Assembly: GCA_963977015.1 (NCBI GenBank) | Contig: CAXBMO010000002.1 | Span: 96,001-160,000 of the forward strand | Direction: 5' to 3' | DNA from: an uncultured bacterium | GTDB taxonomy: Bacteria > Verrucomicrobiota > Verrucomicrobiia > Verrucomicrobiales > DEV007 | DNA: 64,000 nucleotides | Shown here: positions 48,704 to 57,790 of the stretch, piece after piece | Numbering within the stretch: position 1 is the first letter of the stretch | Layout of the letters: each line of letters begins with the position of its first letter | The notes under the pieces: model-generated | What the model was told of the DNA's origin: nothing | Seen by the model: the letters and a program-made list of their open reading frames with translations, nothing else | The model's database searches: none | Program-made: the position numbers and the translations under genes

Positions 48704-48838
48704 GTCGGTTGGGTAAAAGTGGACGAAGGCAAGCCCCACTCGCTTCAATCCGCGGGTGCGAGATTACTCGCCCGTGCCACAATTGGTCAATGCTTTTTCT
48801 GGTCGAAACAATTCATCCAGTATTTATGCTGATTATAG

Positions 48839-49186
48839 TCAGGACCGCTTTCGCGTCAGCATAAATTCGTTCCCTTCCGGATCAACACACATCGCGAGAT
48901 GAGGAGGTTCACCGTTCTCCGGTTCTGGTTTTCGCTTCAGTTCTCCGCCTCCGGCAACCACTTCGCTCGCTCCCTCCACCACATCGGCAACCTGAAAACT
49001 CATCCCGGTCCACGTTCGTTTCCCCTCGCCTCCCCCGTGAATTCCAATGATCGCGCCGCAAAGTTCAACTTCACTGATCACGTCTGACTGCTTGGTGACC
49101 TCCGCTCCGAGGACTTTTTCATAAAAGTGAAGAGCTCGATCCATATCGGCAGCCCAAATCACATATTTGACGCGTTCTACATTCAT
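48839..49186 (-). CDS. VOC/glyoxalase family protein
   Basis: ADMDRALHFYEKVLG...SFQVADV...DPEGNEF; start placed at MNVERVK. Confidence 0.88.
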   Translation of the reverse strand: MNVERVKYVIWAADMDRALHFYEKVLGAEVTKQSDVISEVELCGAIIGIHGGGEGKRTWTGMSFQVADVVEGASEVVAGGGELKRKPEPENGEPPHLAMCVDPEGNEFMLTRKRS

Positions 49187-49270
49187 GCGGCACGCTGAAG
49201 ACCAATTGAGCCTCACACAAGTAAAAAGAAAAACGTGGAGGAATGCGCCAGTTTGTGGGACAGAGACCGG

Positions 49271-50137
49271 ATGACGGTAAAGCAGATACTGACTCACCCT
49301 GGAAGCGCTCACAAAGACGACTTCATGGCGTGCAGTGTGCTTATCCATCAGCATCAAGTCGACGTCGTACGCCGTGAACCCAGTCAGTCGGATCTGGATG
49401 ATTCTGGGATTCTGGTGGTCGACGTCGGAGGATCTCACGATCCTGAATTGGGCAATTTTGACCACCACCAGTTTCCGCGGGATCATCCTCCCATCTGCGC
49501 CTTGAGTCTCGTTTTGCAGCATCTTGGCGTCTACGAAGATGCCCTGAAATTCTGCGATTGGCTGGAGCCTGCGGAGTGGTTTGACTCACGCGGTCCGTCA
49601 GAAACCGCCGAGTGGCTGGGCGTCGAACGCGACCTTCTCAGCAAGCTCAATTCACCGGTCGACTTGACGTTGCTCCGTCGTTTTGCGCTGACCTCGCGAC
49701 TGACTCAGGATCAGCCGCTTTGGCACATCATGCGGTACATTGGCGAGGATCTGTTGAGCTACCTGACCCTGTTGAGACAGCGTTTGGAGTTTATCGCCGA
49801 AAACTCGGAATTCTGGACCGTCTCGACCGAAAACTCCGAGTTCGAGGTTCTGTTCATGCCGAGAACCGAACCCGTTCCCGACGATTCCTCACTTGGATTG
49901 CAACGCTACATTGACGAAACCGGAAAAAGCGAGTCGGTCGCGGCGATGATTTACCCAGATCGACGCGGTTCAGGCTATGGAATTTCCCGTTACAATGGCA
50001 ACAAACAGCTCGATTTCTCCCAACTGACGGAATGCGAAGACGTTCATTTTGCTCATATTCGCGGATTTGTCGCCAAAACAACGGCTACCGAGCCGGAACG
50101 GCTGAGAGAACTCTTGCAACTGGCCGTAGTTGAGTGA
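49271..50137 (+). CDS. MYG1 family (DHH-like) metal-dependent hydrolase/exonuclease
   Basis: THPGSAHKDD, VVDVGG, NFDHHQ, FAHIRGFV. Confidence 0.85.
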   Translation: MTVKQILTHPGSAHKDDFMACSVLIHQHQVDVVRREPSQSDLDDSGILVVDVGGSHDPELGNFDHHQFPRDHPPICALSLVLQHLGVYEDALKFCDWLEPAEWFDSRGPSETAEWLGVERDLLSKLNSPVDLTLLRRFALTSRLTQDQPLWHIMRYIGEDLLSYLTLLRQRLEFIAENSEFWTVSTENSEFEVLFMPRTEPVPDDSSLGLQRYIDETGKSESVAAMIYPDRRGSGYGISRYNGNKQLDFSQLTECEDVHFAHIRGFVAKTTATEPERLRELLQLAVVE

Positions 50138-50159
50138 TTAGGCGAAGTCTTCCCCTTCA

Positions 50160-50549
50160 ATGCCTCCCTTTCTCTCCATTTCCGAACAGACGACTGACGT
50201 CTTTGAGAGCTCGATCTTTTGTGATCGCCGTTTCGGCGCCGATCTCCGCTTCCTGGGCGTTGTTCGTCATCTGGAAAACGGACGGGAAATCCTCGGGATC
50301 GACTATTCGTGCTATCAACAGATGGCGGAGCAGAAATTGGAGGAAATTTATCGGGAACTCTCCAACAGCGAAAGTGAGCACCGCGTCTGGGTCCATCATC
50401 GCATTGGCTTCGTCAAAGCTGGCGAGGCTTCGATCGTGATTCGCATCCAAACGCCTCATAGCGCCGAAGGATATGCCATTAGCCAAGCGTATCTCCGCCA
50501 AATCAAGACGACCGTCCCGATCTGGAAAAAACCGGTCTTTTCCGAATGA
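50160..50549 (+). CDS. moaE: Molybdopterin synthase catalytic subunit
   Basis: FLGVVR, YQQMAE, HRIG...GEAS, IKTTVPIWKK. Confidence 0.85.
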   Translation: MPPFLSISEQTTDVFESSIFCDRRFGADLRFLGVVRHLENGREILGIDYSCYQQMAEQKLEEIYRELSNSESEHRVWVHHRIGFVKAGEASIVIRIQTPHSAEGYAISQAYLRQIKTTVPIWKKPVFSE

Positions 50550-51127
50550 ACCTACCCAACCAACTTACCGTTCTTCGCCTCATCCTGACCGCGATCTTTG
50601 CGGTTGCGATGTCCATTGAGTTTGCCGGGCAATATTCCATCGCTCTCATCCTTTTTTCAGTCGCTGCGTTTACCGACTTTCTGGATGGCTATCTGGCTCG
50701 GAAACACAATCTGATCACGAATTTCGGGAAGCTGATGGATCCCCTGGCCGACAAGGTTCTGATGTGTGCCGGTTTTGTGCTGCTTTCCGAAATTGGCCTG
50801 ATTCCAGGTTGGCTCGTGGTCGCCATTCTCACCCGGGAGTTTCTCGTCACTGGTCTGAGGTTGATCGCAGCAGGAGATGGTAAAGTTGTTTCCGCCGACA
50901 AACTCGGGAAACAGAAGACGATCTGGCAAATCGTGACGCTCATCTACTTTTTGCTCTTTCTTGCGTCTGATGAAACAGCTTTTCACTGGATGCGTTGGCT
51001 GTTTGACTGGGCGCCAACAAGCCCACCCATCGCAGGCTTCCTCCTGTTGGCGCTCTCACTGGTTCTTACCGTCTGGTCGGGAATTGGCTATGTTTTCAAG
51101 AATCTCCATGTTTTGAGAACAGAGTGA
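50546..51127 (+). CDS. pgsA: CDP-diacylglycerol--glycerol-3-phosphate 3-phosphatidyltransferase
   Basis: MNLPNQLT; TDFLDGYLARK...TNFGKLMDPLADK CDP-alcohol phosphotransferase motif. Confidence 0.94.
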   Translation: MNLPNQLTVLRLILTAIFAVAMSIEFAGQYSIALILFSVAAFTDFLDGYLARKHNLITNFGKLMDPLADKVLMCAGFVLLSEIGLIPGWLVVAILTREFLVTGLRLIAAGDGKVVSADKLGKQKTIWQIVTLIYFLLFLASDETAFHWMRWLFDWAPTSPPIAGFLLLALSLVLTVWSGIGYVFKNLHVLRTE

Positions 51128-51168
51128 GCTTTTTTCCCGGCGCCTCTCCGGGCGTTTCCACCGTCAGC

Positions 51169-51188
51169 TTATCCACAAGTAATTCACA
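51169..51188 (+). promoter_or_regulatory. DnaA box(es)
   Basis: Perfect TTATCCACA at 51169-51177 followed 2 bp later by one-mismatch TAATTCACA (51180-51188) in an AT-rich intergenic region. Confidence 0.45.
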
Positions 51189-51257
51189 GTTTAATGCTGA
51201 CAGTTAGGATTTCTTACGCTATTGCTCTTGTTTGCAGTTTTCCACCAACTGTCAGGC

Positions 51258-54200
51258 ATGAGCACGACTCGAACTTCACCGGCCAAACGACGCTACCAAG
51301 CCTACATCTCCTATCGCCGGGAAGACAACCGGCACGAGGGGAGACGTTGGGGAAATTGGCTCCAGGAAAACCTGGAGGGTTTTCGCGTGCCTCCCAAATT
51401 CGCCGGGCAACGAAATAGCCGGGAAGAAGACGCTCCGGAATCACTTTTCCCGATCTATTGCGCGACGGAACCTCATCAGGGTGAGGAACTCAGCGAAGCA
51501 AGCCTTGAGGCGCTACGAACCTCTGAGACACTGGTCGTTGTGGCCAGTCCCGAGGCGGCAAACTGCAATTTTATGCGGGAGGAGATCCGCTTTTTCAAAG
51601 AGATCGGTCGAGCCGACCGAATCGTGGTTCTGATGATCGCCGGTGAACCGCATGCCGACATTCCGACCAAGGCCGAATTTGGGATTTCCGAGAAGGATGA
51701 ATGCCTCGCCGAAGAGCTTCGCTACGGAAAGCCCCGGAAGGACGGGACGGTCAACTGGGGAGCACCGGTTGAACCGATTTGCGCCGACGTGAGAGTCGCG
51801 GCTGAAGCCGATCATCGAAAAGTCACCACCGGACAGGGCTACACCAATAAAGTTGCCTACATGACGGAACTGCTGCGTCGGGGGATTCCTGGAGCAAAGG
51901 CAGGGAAACTTGCGGATGAGTATGAGGGGCGCCTCGACCGGGCCATCCGAACGCTCGCCGCCGGAATCCTGGGGTTTCCGGCCAGGGAGGTGATCAATGA
52001 GTCCCAACTCGCAGCGGTAAAACGCTTGAAAACCGGACTGTTTGGGCTCGGGGCAGCCGCCGCCGTTCTGGCCGCGCTGGCGATCATCGGGTTCACGGGA
52101 TCTGATTCAGATTCAGCTTCGTCAGGAAATGGAGGTGTCGCTTCCGCCGCCACCAAAGAGTCCCTGAAAGCCGCCAATCAGGTCGCTGAAAAACTTCAGA
52201 ACGAAATCAACGCCATGGAGCAGGAGCTGGCCGCGAAAATCGCCCATTCCAACGCTTCCAAAACCAAACTTGAGCGAGAGCAAATCGAAACGCTGTCCGG
52301 GTTCCAACGAGGCGATCTGCCAGCCTTGGAAGTTCTCGAACAATTGGCGAAGTCCAGCCAAATCCGCTTGGAAAGCATTCCCGAACAAGATCGCAAGCCT
52401 GAGAATCAAGCCCAATTGGCGTCCCTCCTTGAAACTCGGGCAACCATTTCTCGCCACCAGGAGGATCTGAACCGGTCGCTCAGTTTTCTGGAATCCAGCC
52501 TGGCGCTGATCGAACAAAATCGTGCAGGCTATGAGAACGAGGTCAATTGGCTCTCTCGCCAGAGTGATCTTCGCCATCAGATTGGAAAAATCCGCTTTGA
52601 TCAGTCCAAATTGGATGGAGCGGAACAGGCTTTCAACATGGCTCTCGCAATCGATGAACGCCTTGCGGAACTTGAGCCCGAAGAGGTGAAATGGCGTCAG
52701 AACCTGAGCGCGGGTCAGGATTATCTCGCAAAGATTCTCAATCAGAAAGGCGGCGGAGCTGATGTCGTGATCGCGACGGAGACCACCGATTCAGCGTCCG
52801 CCCAACTGACCAGCGATGGAACGGCCCCGACCAGTTCTCCGATTCCAAATTCTGACGAAAAAGCGGCCATCGCCGAAACCCAGCAAGCCGCCGGAGATCT
52901 GGAAGGTGCCATTGCGAGCCTGGGTGAGGCCATGGAACTCGCTACGGCAGGACCGCAAAACGATCCAACCGCCCAACGAAAACTGGCGGCCTATCATCTC
53001 CATCTCGGGCGACTTTACCAGTTGGTCGAAAATTCGGAGCTCGCCCTGAAGCACGTTCGAGAGGGACTCGCGATTCAACAAACCGCAGCGTTCCATTGGA
53101 CCGGTGCACGCGAGTTGGAACATCTGGCGTGGGCGCAGATCACCGAGGCCAATCTTTCGCTCCAGAATGCAGACGCGCCGGCCGCAGTCTCGACCGCTCA
53201 GCAGGCAGTCAACACCGCGCACCAACTGATCAAAGCCGCGCCCCAATCAATCGAGGCCCATAGCCTGCTCGCAACCGCCTATGAAACCACGGCCCAAGCC
53301 CAACAAGTTCAGGGTCAATCGGGTTTGGCGGCTGGAAGCCTGGAGGCAGCGTCCGATCTCCGGAGTCAAATCGCGGCAGCTCAGCCGGCGGATCCGGCTT
53401 CTGCCAAAAAGTATGTCGAAGGCCAACTCGCCTTGACGGAACTTCATCGGAAAGAGGAGAACCTTGATGCGGCAGCAGTCGGTCTGCAAAAATTGACCCA
53501 AACCGCAGCGCGAATTTACCAGCAGAATCCGGCAAATCTGGAGTGGATCAAAGCGGCAGCCTCAGCGAGCCGGAGCCTCTCTGAAGTCCAGATTCAACGC
53601 AACGACTTGATCGGAGCCCAAAAAGCAACGGTCGATGCGATGAGCTACACGGAAAAGCTGGCAAATCTGGATCCGGAAAACCAGGAATGGCGCGCCAAGT
53701 TGCAAGCCGATTACCAGTCCCTCGGGACTTCGTATCAACGCCAGGGCAACTTCCCCCAAGCCAAGGCGATGCTGATTCGCAGCGCGGAACTTGCCCGCAC
53801 GTCGTCCTCGCAGGACGCCGCTTCGCTCTTGAACCTGCTCGGCTACGAAGAACAAATCGCGAACATCAGCCTGACGTTGCAGGAAAACGCGCTCGCCAAA
53901 GACGAGTATCTCATTGCTCTGGCAACGGCGGAACAAGTGGCCGCAGTCGAACCCGAGAACCTGCAGATCCAGGCGAAAATCGCCGAAATTTCGAAAGTGA
54001 TCGGAGATTTGGCGGCCTCCCTTGACGACGTTGAAGCGGCCGAGCAGCACTACGCCAGGTGCCTGAGCATTGCCGCAGAAAGCGCCAATCTTGCCCCCCA
54101 GGAAGATATTTGGTGGAGTCTCGCCGGCGATTGTCACAACCAACTCGGGGCGCTGCACCAGAAGCGCGGCAACCTCAGCAATGCCAAGGCCAGTTATGAA

Positions 54201-54620
54201 GCGGCGCTTCAAGCCTTCGACTATTTGGCGCAGCGACATCCCCAATTGCCGACCACCCATGCCGGAATGGCGCTGAGTTTCTTCGGAATCGGAGATGTGG
54301 CGACCAAACTCGGGAACGTCGATTTGGCGCTCCGCCGCTTCCAGGACAGTTGTCAGTTTCACCAAAAACTGGCTTCCGCAGAGCCTGAAAATGTGGATTG
54401 GCAAAGCGGAATCGCAGAATCCTCACTCCGAATCGGACAGATTTTCGCCGAAAACCGCAATCGTCGGGATGCCATCGCGTGGCTGAACAGCGCTCAGGAG
54501 CAAATCGAATTCATGCAGAAAAAGTCTCCTCTTCGCGAGCAAGACAAACTGGTGGCGAGCACCATTTCTGCGGAAATTCGCTCATTGAGCCGATTTCGCG
54601 TTTTGGGCGGCGCTCAGTAA
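51258..54620 (+). CDS. TIR domain - transmembrane - coiled coil - TPR repeat protein
   Basis: YQAYISYRRED...ALRTSETLVVVASPEA...MREEIRFFK...RIVVLMIAGEP (TIR); TM GLFGLGAAAAVLAALAIIGF; repeated P-x-N-x-x-W TPR-type units. Confidence 0.85.
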   Translation: MSTTRTSPAKRRYQAYISYRREDNRHEGRRWGNWLQENLEGFRVPPKFAGQRNSREEDAPESLFPIYCATEPHQGEELSEASLEALRTSETLVVVASPEAANCNFMREEIRFFKEIGRADRIVVLMIAGEPHADIPTKAEFGISEKDECLAEELRYGKPRKDGTVNWGAPVEPICADVRVAAEADHRKVTTGQGYTNKVAYMTELLRRGIPGAKAGKLADEYEGRLDRAIRTLAAGILGFPAREVINESQLAAVKRLKTGLFGLGAAAAVLAALAIIGFTGSDSDSASSGNGGVASAATKESLKAANQVAEKLQNEINAMEQELAAKIAHSNASKTKLEREQIETLSGFQRGDLPALEVLEQLAKSSQIRLESIPEQDRKPENQAQLASLLETRATISRHQEDLNRSLSFLESSLALIEQNRAGYENEVNWLSRQSDLRHQIGKIRFDQSKLDGAEQAFNMALAIDERLAELEPEEVKWRQNLSAGQDYLAKILNQKGGGADVVIATETTDSASAQLTSDGTAPTSSPIPNSDEKAAIAETQQAAGDLEGAIASLGEAMELATAGPQNDPTAQRKLAAYHLHLGRLYQLVENSELALKHVREGLAIQQTAAFHWTGARELEHLAWAQITEANLSLQNADAPAAVSTAQQAVNTAHQLIKAAPQSIEAHSLLATAYETTAQAQQVQGQSGLAAGSLEAASDLRSQIAAAQPADPASAKKYVEGQLALTELHRKEENLDAAAVGLQKLTQTAARIYQQNPANLEWIKAAASASRSLSEVQIQRNDLIGAQKATVDAMSYTEKLANLDPENQEWRAKLQADYQSLGTSYQRQGNFPQAKAMLIRSAELARTSSSQDAASLLNLLGYEEQIANISLTLQENALAKDEYLIALATAEQVAAVEPENLQIQAKIAEISKVIGDLAASLDDVEAAEQHYARCLSIAAESANLAPQEDIWWSLAGDCHNQLGALHQKRGNLSNAKASYEAALQAFDYLAQRHPQLPTTHAGMALSFFGIGDVATKLGNVDLALRRFQDSCQFHQKLASAEPENVDWQSGIAESSLRIGQIFAENRNRRDAIAWLNSAQEQIEFMQKKSPLREQDKLVASTISAEIRSLSRFRVLGGAQ

Positions 54621-54681
54621 CCTGTGCGGAATCCGCGCTCGACGTTTGAGTGTCGGGTGAAATGACGCTAACAGAGTCACG

Positions 54682-56541
54682 ATGGGACGAATCCGCCTCA
54701 TGCCCGATGCTCTCGCCAGCCAAGTCGCTGCTGGTGAAGTGGTCGAGCGCCCTGCCAGCGTGGTCAAGGAACTGGTCGAAAACTCGATCGACGCCGAAGC
54801 GCGCAAAATCGAAATCCGCGTTCAGGGCGGAGGGCGCACCCAAATTCGTGTCGTCGACGACGGCATTGGGATGAATCGGGATGACGCGTTGATGTGCCTG
54901 GAACGGCATGCCACGAGCAAGATTCGCACGACCGAGGATCTCGATGGGATCGCCACACTCGGTTTTCGAGGGGAAGCAATTCCCAGCATCGCGAGCGTCA
55001 GTAAATTTCGGCTGACTTCCCGGGAGAAAGACGCGCTCGTTGGCACGGAAATTTTCGTGAATGGCGGAAAACTGATCGACGTGAAGGATAGCGGAGACGC
55101 GCCGGGAACCCAGGTTGATATCCGCAGCCTGTTTTTCAACATCCCGGCCCGCCGCAAGTTCCTGCGAACCGAAAACACCGAATACAGCCACCTCGAACAG
55201 ATCGTCAAGGTGCAGGCGATCGCGCATCCGGAAGTCGGATTCACCCTCCTCCGCAATGATCGCCCCCAGTTCCAACTACCGCCGGGTAGCCAGCTCCTCG
55301 AACGCGTCCAGGGCCTGGCCGGAACCGACATCGCCGAGCGTTTGCTCAAGATCGAGCCCTACGAGGCGGATGACATCCGGGTGACCGGCTACATTGGCGG
55401 ATTCGGCATGGGGAGAAGCAATCGAAGCCTCCAACTCTCCTTCCTCAACGGACGCCCGGTCGAAGCCGCGATGCTGAATTACGCGCTTCGCGAAGGATTC
55501 CACACCGCCCTGATGAAGGGCCAATATCCGATCACCTTCCTGTTCCTGGAGATGAGCCCGTTCGCCGTTGACGTGAACGTGCATCCCGCGAAGAAGGAAG
55601 TCCGCTTTCGCGATGGCAACGCGGTGAGGGATGCGGTGATCGAAGCGGTAACGCGGACCTTGACGCGGGAACAATCCACGATTCCCGGCCAGCAGGTTCG
55701 CCAAATCGCGGCACCACAAGCCGCTCCCCCAACATCTCCCGCGTTCCAGCCGCCGTCCCAACCGAGCCTGATTCCGGAACGCGAACAAACCGCGCTCCGG
55801 CGGGATTGGCTGCAGACGCCTCCTCCCCCGAAAGACTCCGCTCAGGAAGCTCCTGCGGCTCAACCGGAGTTGCCCGCGGCTCAGGCTGAAGCACCGGAAG
55901 CGGAACCTGCGCCCATCGAACCTCCGGCGACGGAGCCCGAACCGCAAGCCACCGTTCAGGCAGAGGACTTTCGCATCATCGGGGTCCTGAAAAAGCTCTA
56001 TGTGCTGATGGAAAGCGCGGAAGGGCTCGTGTTGATGGATCAACATGCGGCTCACGAGCGCGTCCTGTTCGAGAAAATGCGCCGGCGAATGGCGAATGAA
56101 GGCGTGCCTGCGCAAAAACTGCTCATGCCGCTCACGGTCGAACTCGCCCCCAGGGATTTCGACCTCGTTCAGCAAAACCTCGAGGCGATTCAGCGGCTCG
56201 GGATCGGCGCGGAACCATTTGGGAAGAACACGCTCAAGATCGACAGCCTCCCCACTTTCTTCAAAACCGATGATCCCGCGACCTACATGAGCGAGGTGAT
56301 CGATGAACTGAAGAAGGCGAGTCGCCGCATGAGTTCCATGCGGCTGGGCGAGGACATGGTCGCGACGACAGTTTGCCGCTACGCCGTCAAGGCGAACGAC
56401 GATCTGCGTCCCCCCGAAGTGAGCAAACTCCTGGAGGACTTGCTCGACTGTGAACTGCCGTATTGCTGCCCCCATGGCCGCCCCACCCTCATTCAGATGT
56501 CGTTCGAGGAGTTGGAGAAGAAATTCGGCCGCACCGTGTAG
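54682..56541 (+). CDS. mutL: DNA mismatch repair endonuclease MutL
   Basis: AAGEVVERPASVVKELVENS, GFRGEA, VDVNVHPAK; endonuclease motifs DQHAAHER and CPHGRP. Confidence 0.97.
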   Translation: MGRIRLMPDALASQVAAGEVVERPASVVKELVENSIDAEARKIEIRVQGGGRTQIRVVDDGIGMNRDDALMCLERHATSKIRTTEDLDGIATLGFRGEAIPSIASVSKFRLTSREKDALVGTEIFVNGGKLIDVKDSGDAPGTQVDIRSLFFNIPARRKFLRTENTEYSHLEQIVKVQAIAHPEVGFTLLRNDRPQFQLPPGSQLLERVQGLAGTDIAERLLKIEPYEADDIRVTGYIGGFGMGRSNRSLQLSFLNGRPVEAAMLNYALREGFHTALMKGQYPITFLFLEMSPFAVDVNVHPAKKEVRFRDGNAVRDAVIEAVTRTLTREQSTIPGQQVRQIAAPQAAPPTSPAFQPPSQPSLIPEREQTALRRDWLQTPPPPKDSAQEAPAAQPELPAAQAEAPEAEPAPIEPPATEPEPQATVQAEDFRIIGVLKKLYVLMESAEGLVLMDQHAAHERVLFEKMRRRMANEGVPAQKLLMPLTVELAPRDFDLVQQNLEAIQRLGIGAEPFGKNTLKIDSLPTFFKTDDPATYMSEVIDELKKASRRMSSMRLGEDMVATTVCRYAVKANDDLRPPEVSKLLEDLLDCELPYCCPHGRPTLIQMSFEELEKKFGRTV

Positions 56542-56582
56542 CGGGTTGCACCCCGGCCAATCCACCTTCATTCTGCCTTCTC

Positions 56583-57227
56583 ATGATTGACCTCAGCCAG
56601 ATTCCCAACCTTCACGTGATCGATCATCCGTTGATCAAAACGCGAATGGCCAAATTGCGAGCTGTCGGGACGACGCCGGGCGAGTTTCGCGATCACCTGG
56701 GAACCATTGGCCGCCTCATGGCCTATCGGGTGACTGAAGACCTGCCGCTCACGGAGCTGGAAGTGGAAACTCCGCTCGAGGTCATGACCGGCCATCAACC
56801 GGCCCGCCCGGTCGTGGTCGTCTCGATACTGCGCGCGGGTTTGGGAATGGTCGAGCCGTTTCAGCAGTTGCTTCCCGAAGCCTATTTCGGCCACATTGGC
56901 TTGGCCAGAAATGAAGAAACCCTTCAACCCGAATCGTATTACTGCAAACTCCCACCGACGTTGAGCGAAGCCGATGTCTTTCTGGTCGATCCAATGTTGG
57001 CGACGGGGAACAGCAGCATCGAGGCCACGTCCCAGCTCAAGGCGGAGGGTGCATCGCGTTTGCGCCTGGTCTGCCTCGTCAGCGCTCCGGAGGGAATCCA
57101 GAAGTATCACGAGGCTCATCCCGACGTGCCCATCTATACCGCGGTCGTCGACCGTGGCTTGAATGAAAAAGGCTACATCGTTCCAGGGTTGGGCGATGCC
57201 GGGGATCGCTACTTCGGAACCCTATGA
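56583..57227 (+). CDS. upp: Uracil phosphoribosyltransferase
   Basis: ILRAGLGM, RNEETLQP, DPMLATGNS, YIVPGLGDAGDRYFGT. Confidence 0.96.
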   Translation: MIDLSQIPNLHVIDHPLIKTRMAKLRAVGTTPGEFRDHLGTIGRLMAYRVTEDLPLTELEVETPLEVMTGHQPARPVVVVSILRAGLGMVEPFQQLLPEAYFGHIGLARNEETLQPESYYCKLPPTLSEADVFLVDPMLATGNSSIEATSQLKAEGASRLRLVCLVSAPEGIQKYHEAHPDVPIYTAVVDRGLNEKGYIVPGLGDAGDRYFGTL

Positions 57228-57790
57228 GAACGCCAATTCATCTGGCGGACCTCTCGCCCTGCCCATTCCTCCCGCCAACGGACGAGCCGCAAACCGCAGC
57301 CGCGATGCGCAGGCATGGCAAGAACCGGGGCCCCGCATTCTACGAGGCGGCGTTGACCTGCGGACAATCGCTCTGGCTCCAGGGGCTCCCGGCCCAGGCG
57401 ATGTTGCAGATCAACCGGGCTTTTGGCGCGGACCTCGCGAGTGACGATCCCGTCCTCGAATCCTGGCCACTTCCCTACCCGGCGATGGCCTGGGTCATGG
57501 TCGAACGAACGGAAGATCAATTCATCGGCAATCCGCGTCGCCACTTTCAACATCTCGCCACCCGCATGGTCGAGCCCCGCAAGGAACTCCGGACTTGGAG
57601 AGCCTGGGCCTGTTGGTGGATGAGCCGACTGATTTTTCCGGACTATCCGGCCGATGAGGAACAGATCGCGAACGAAGGGATCGCGGAACCGACCTTTGCC
57701 GTGATTTCAGCGCAACTCGCGAAAACCGGCCATCCCGGCGAGGTCGAAATCTGGGCGTCGGTCTGCGATCAGTTGGGCGAGCGGAAGTAG
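57224..57790 (+). CDS. Hypothetical protein translationally coupled to upp
   Basis: ATGA overlap with upp; Trp/Arg/His-rich conserved-looking segment GNPRRHFQHLATRM...WRAWACW. Confidence 0.75.
   Translation: MRTPIHLADLSPCPFLPPTDEPQTAAAMRRHGKNRGPAFYEAALTCGQSLWLQGLPAQAMLQINRAFGADLASDDPVLESWPLPYPAMAWVMVERTEDQFIGNPRRHFQHLATRMVEPRKELRTWRAWACWWMSRLIFPDYPADEEQIANEGIAEPTFAVISAQLAKTGHPGEVEIWASVCDQLGERK

Noticed and set aside
51128-51257. oriC call for the DnaA-box region
   Set aside because: Only one perfect box in 130 bp, no dnaA/dnaN/gidA context, and no evident skew switch there.
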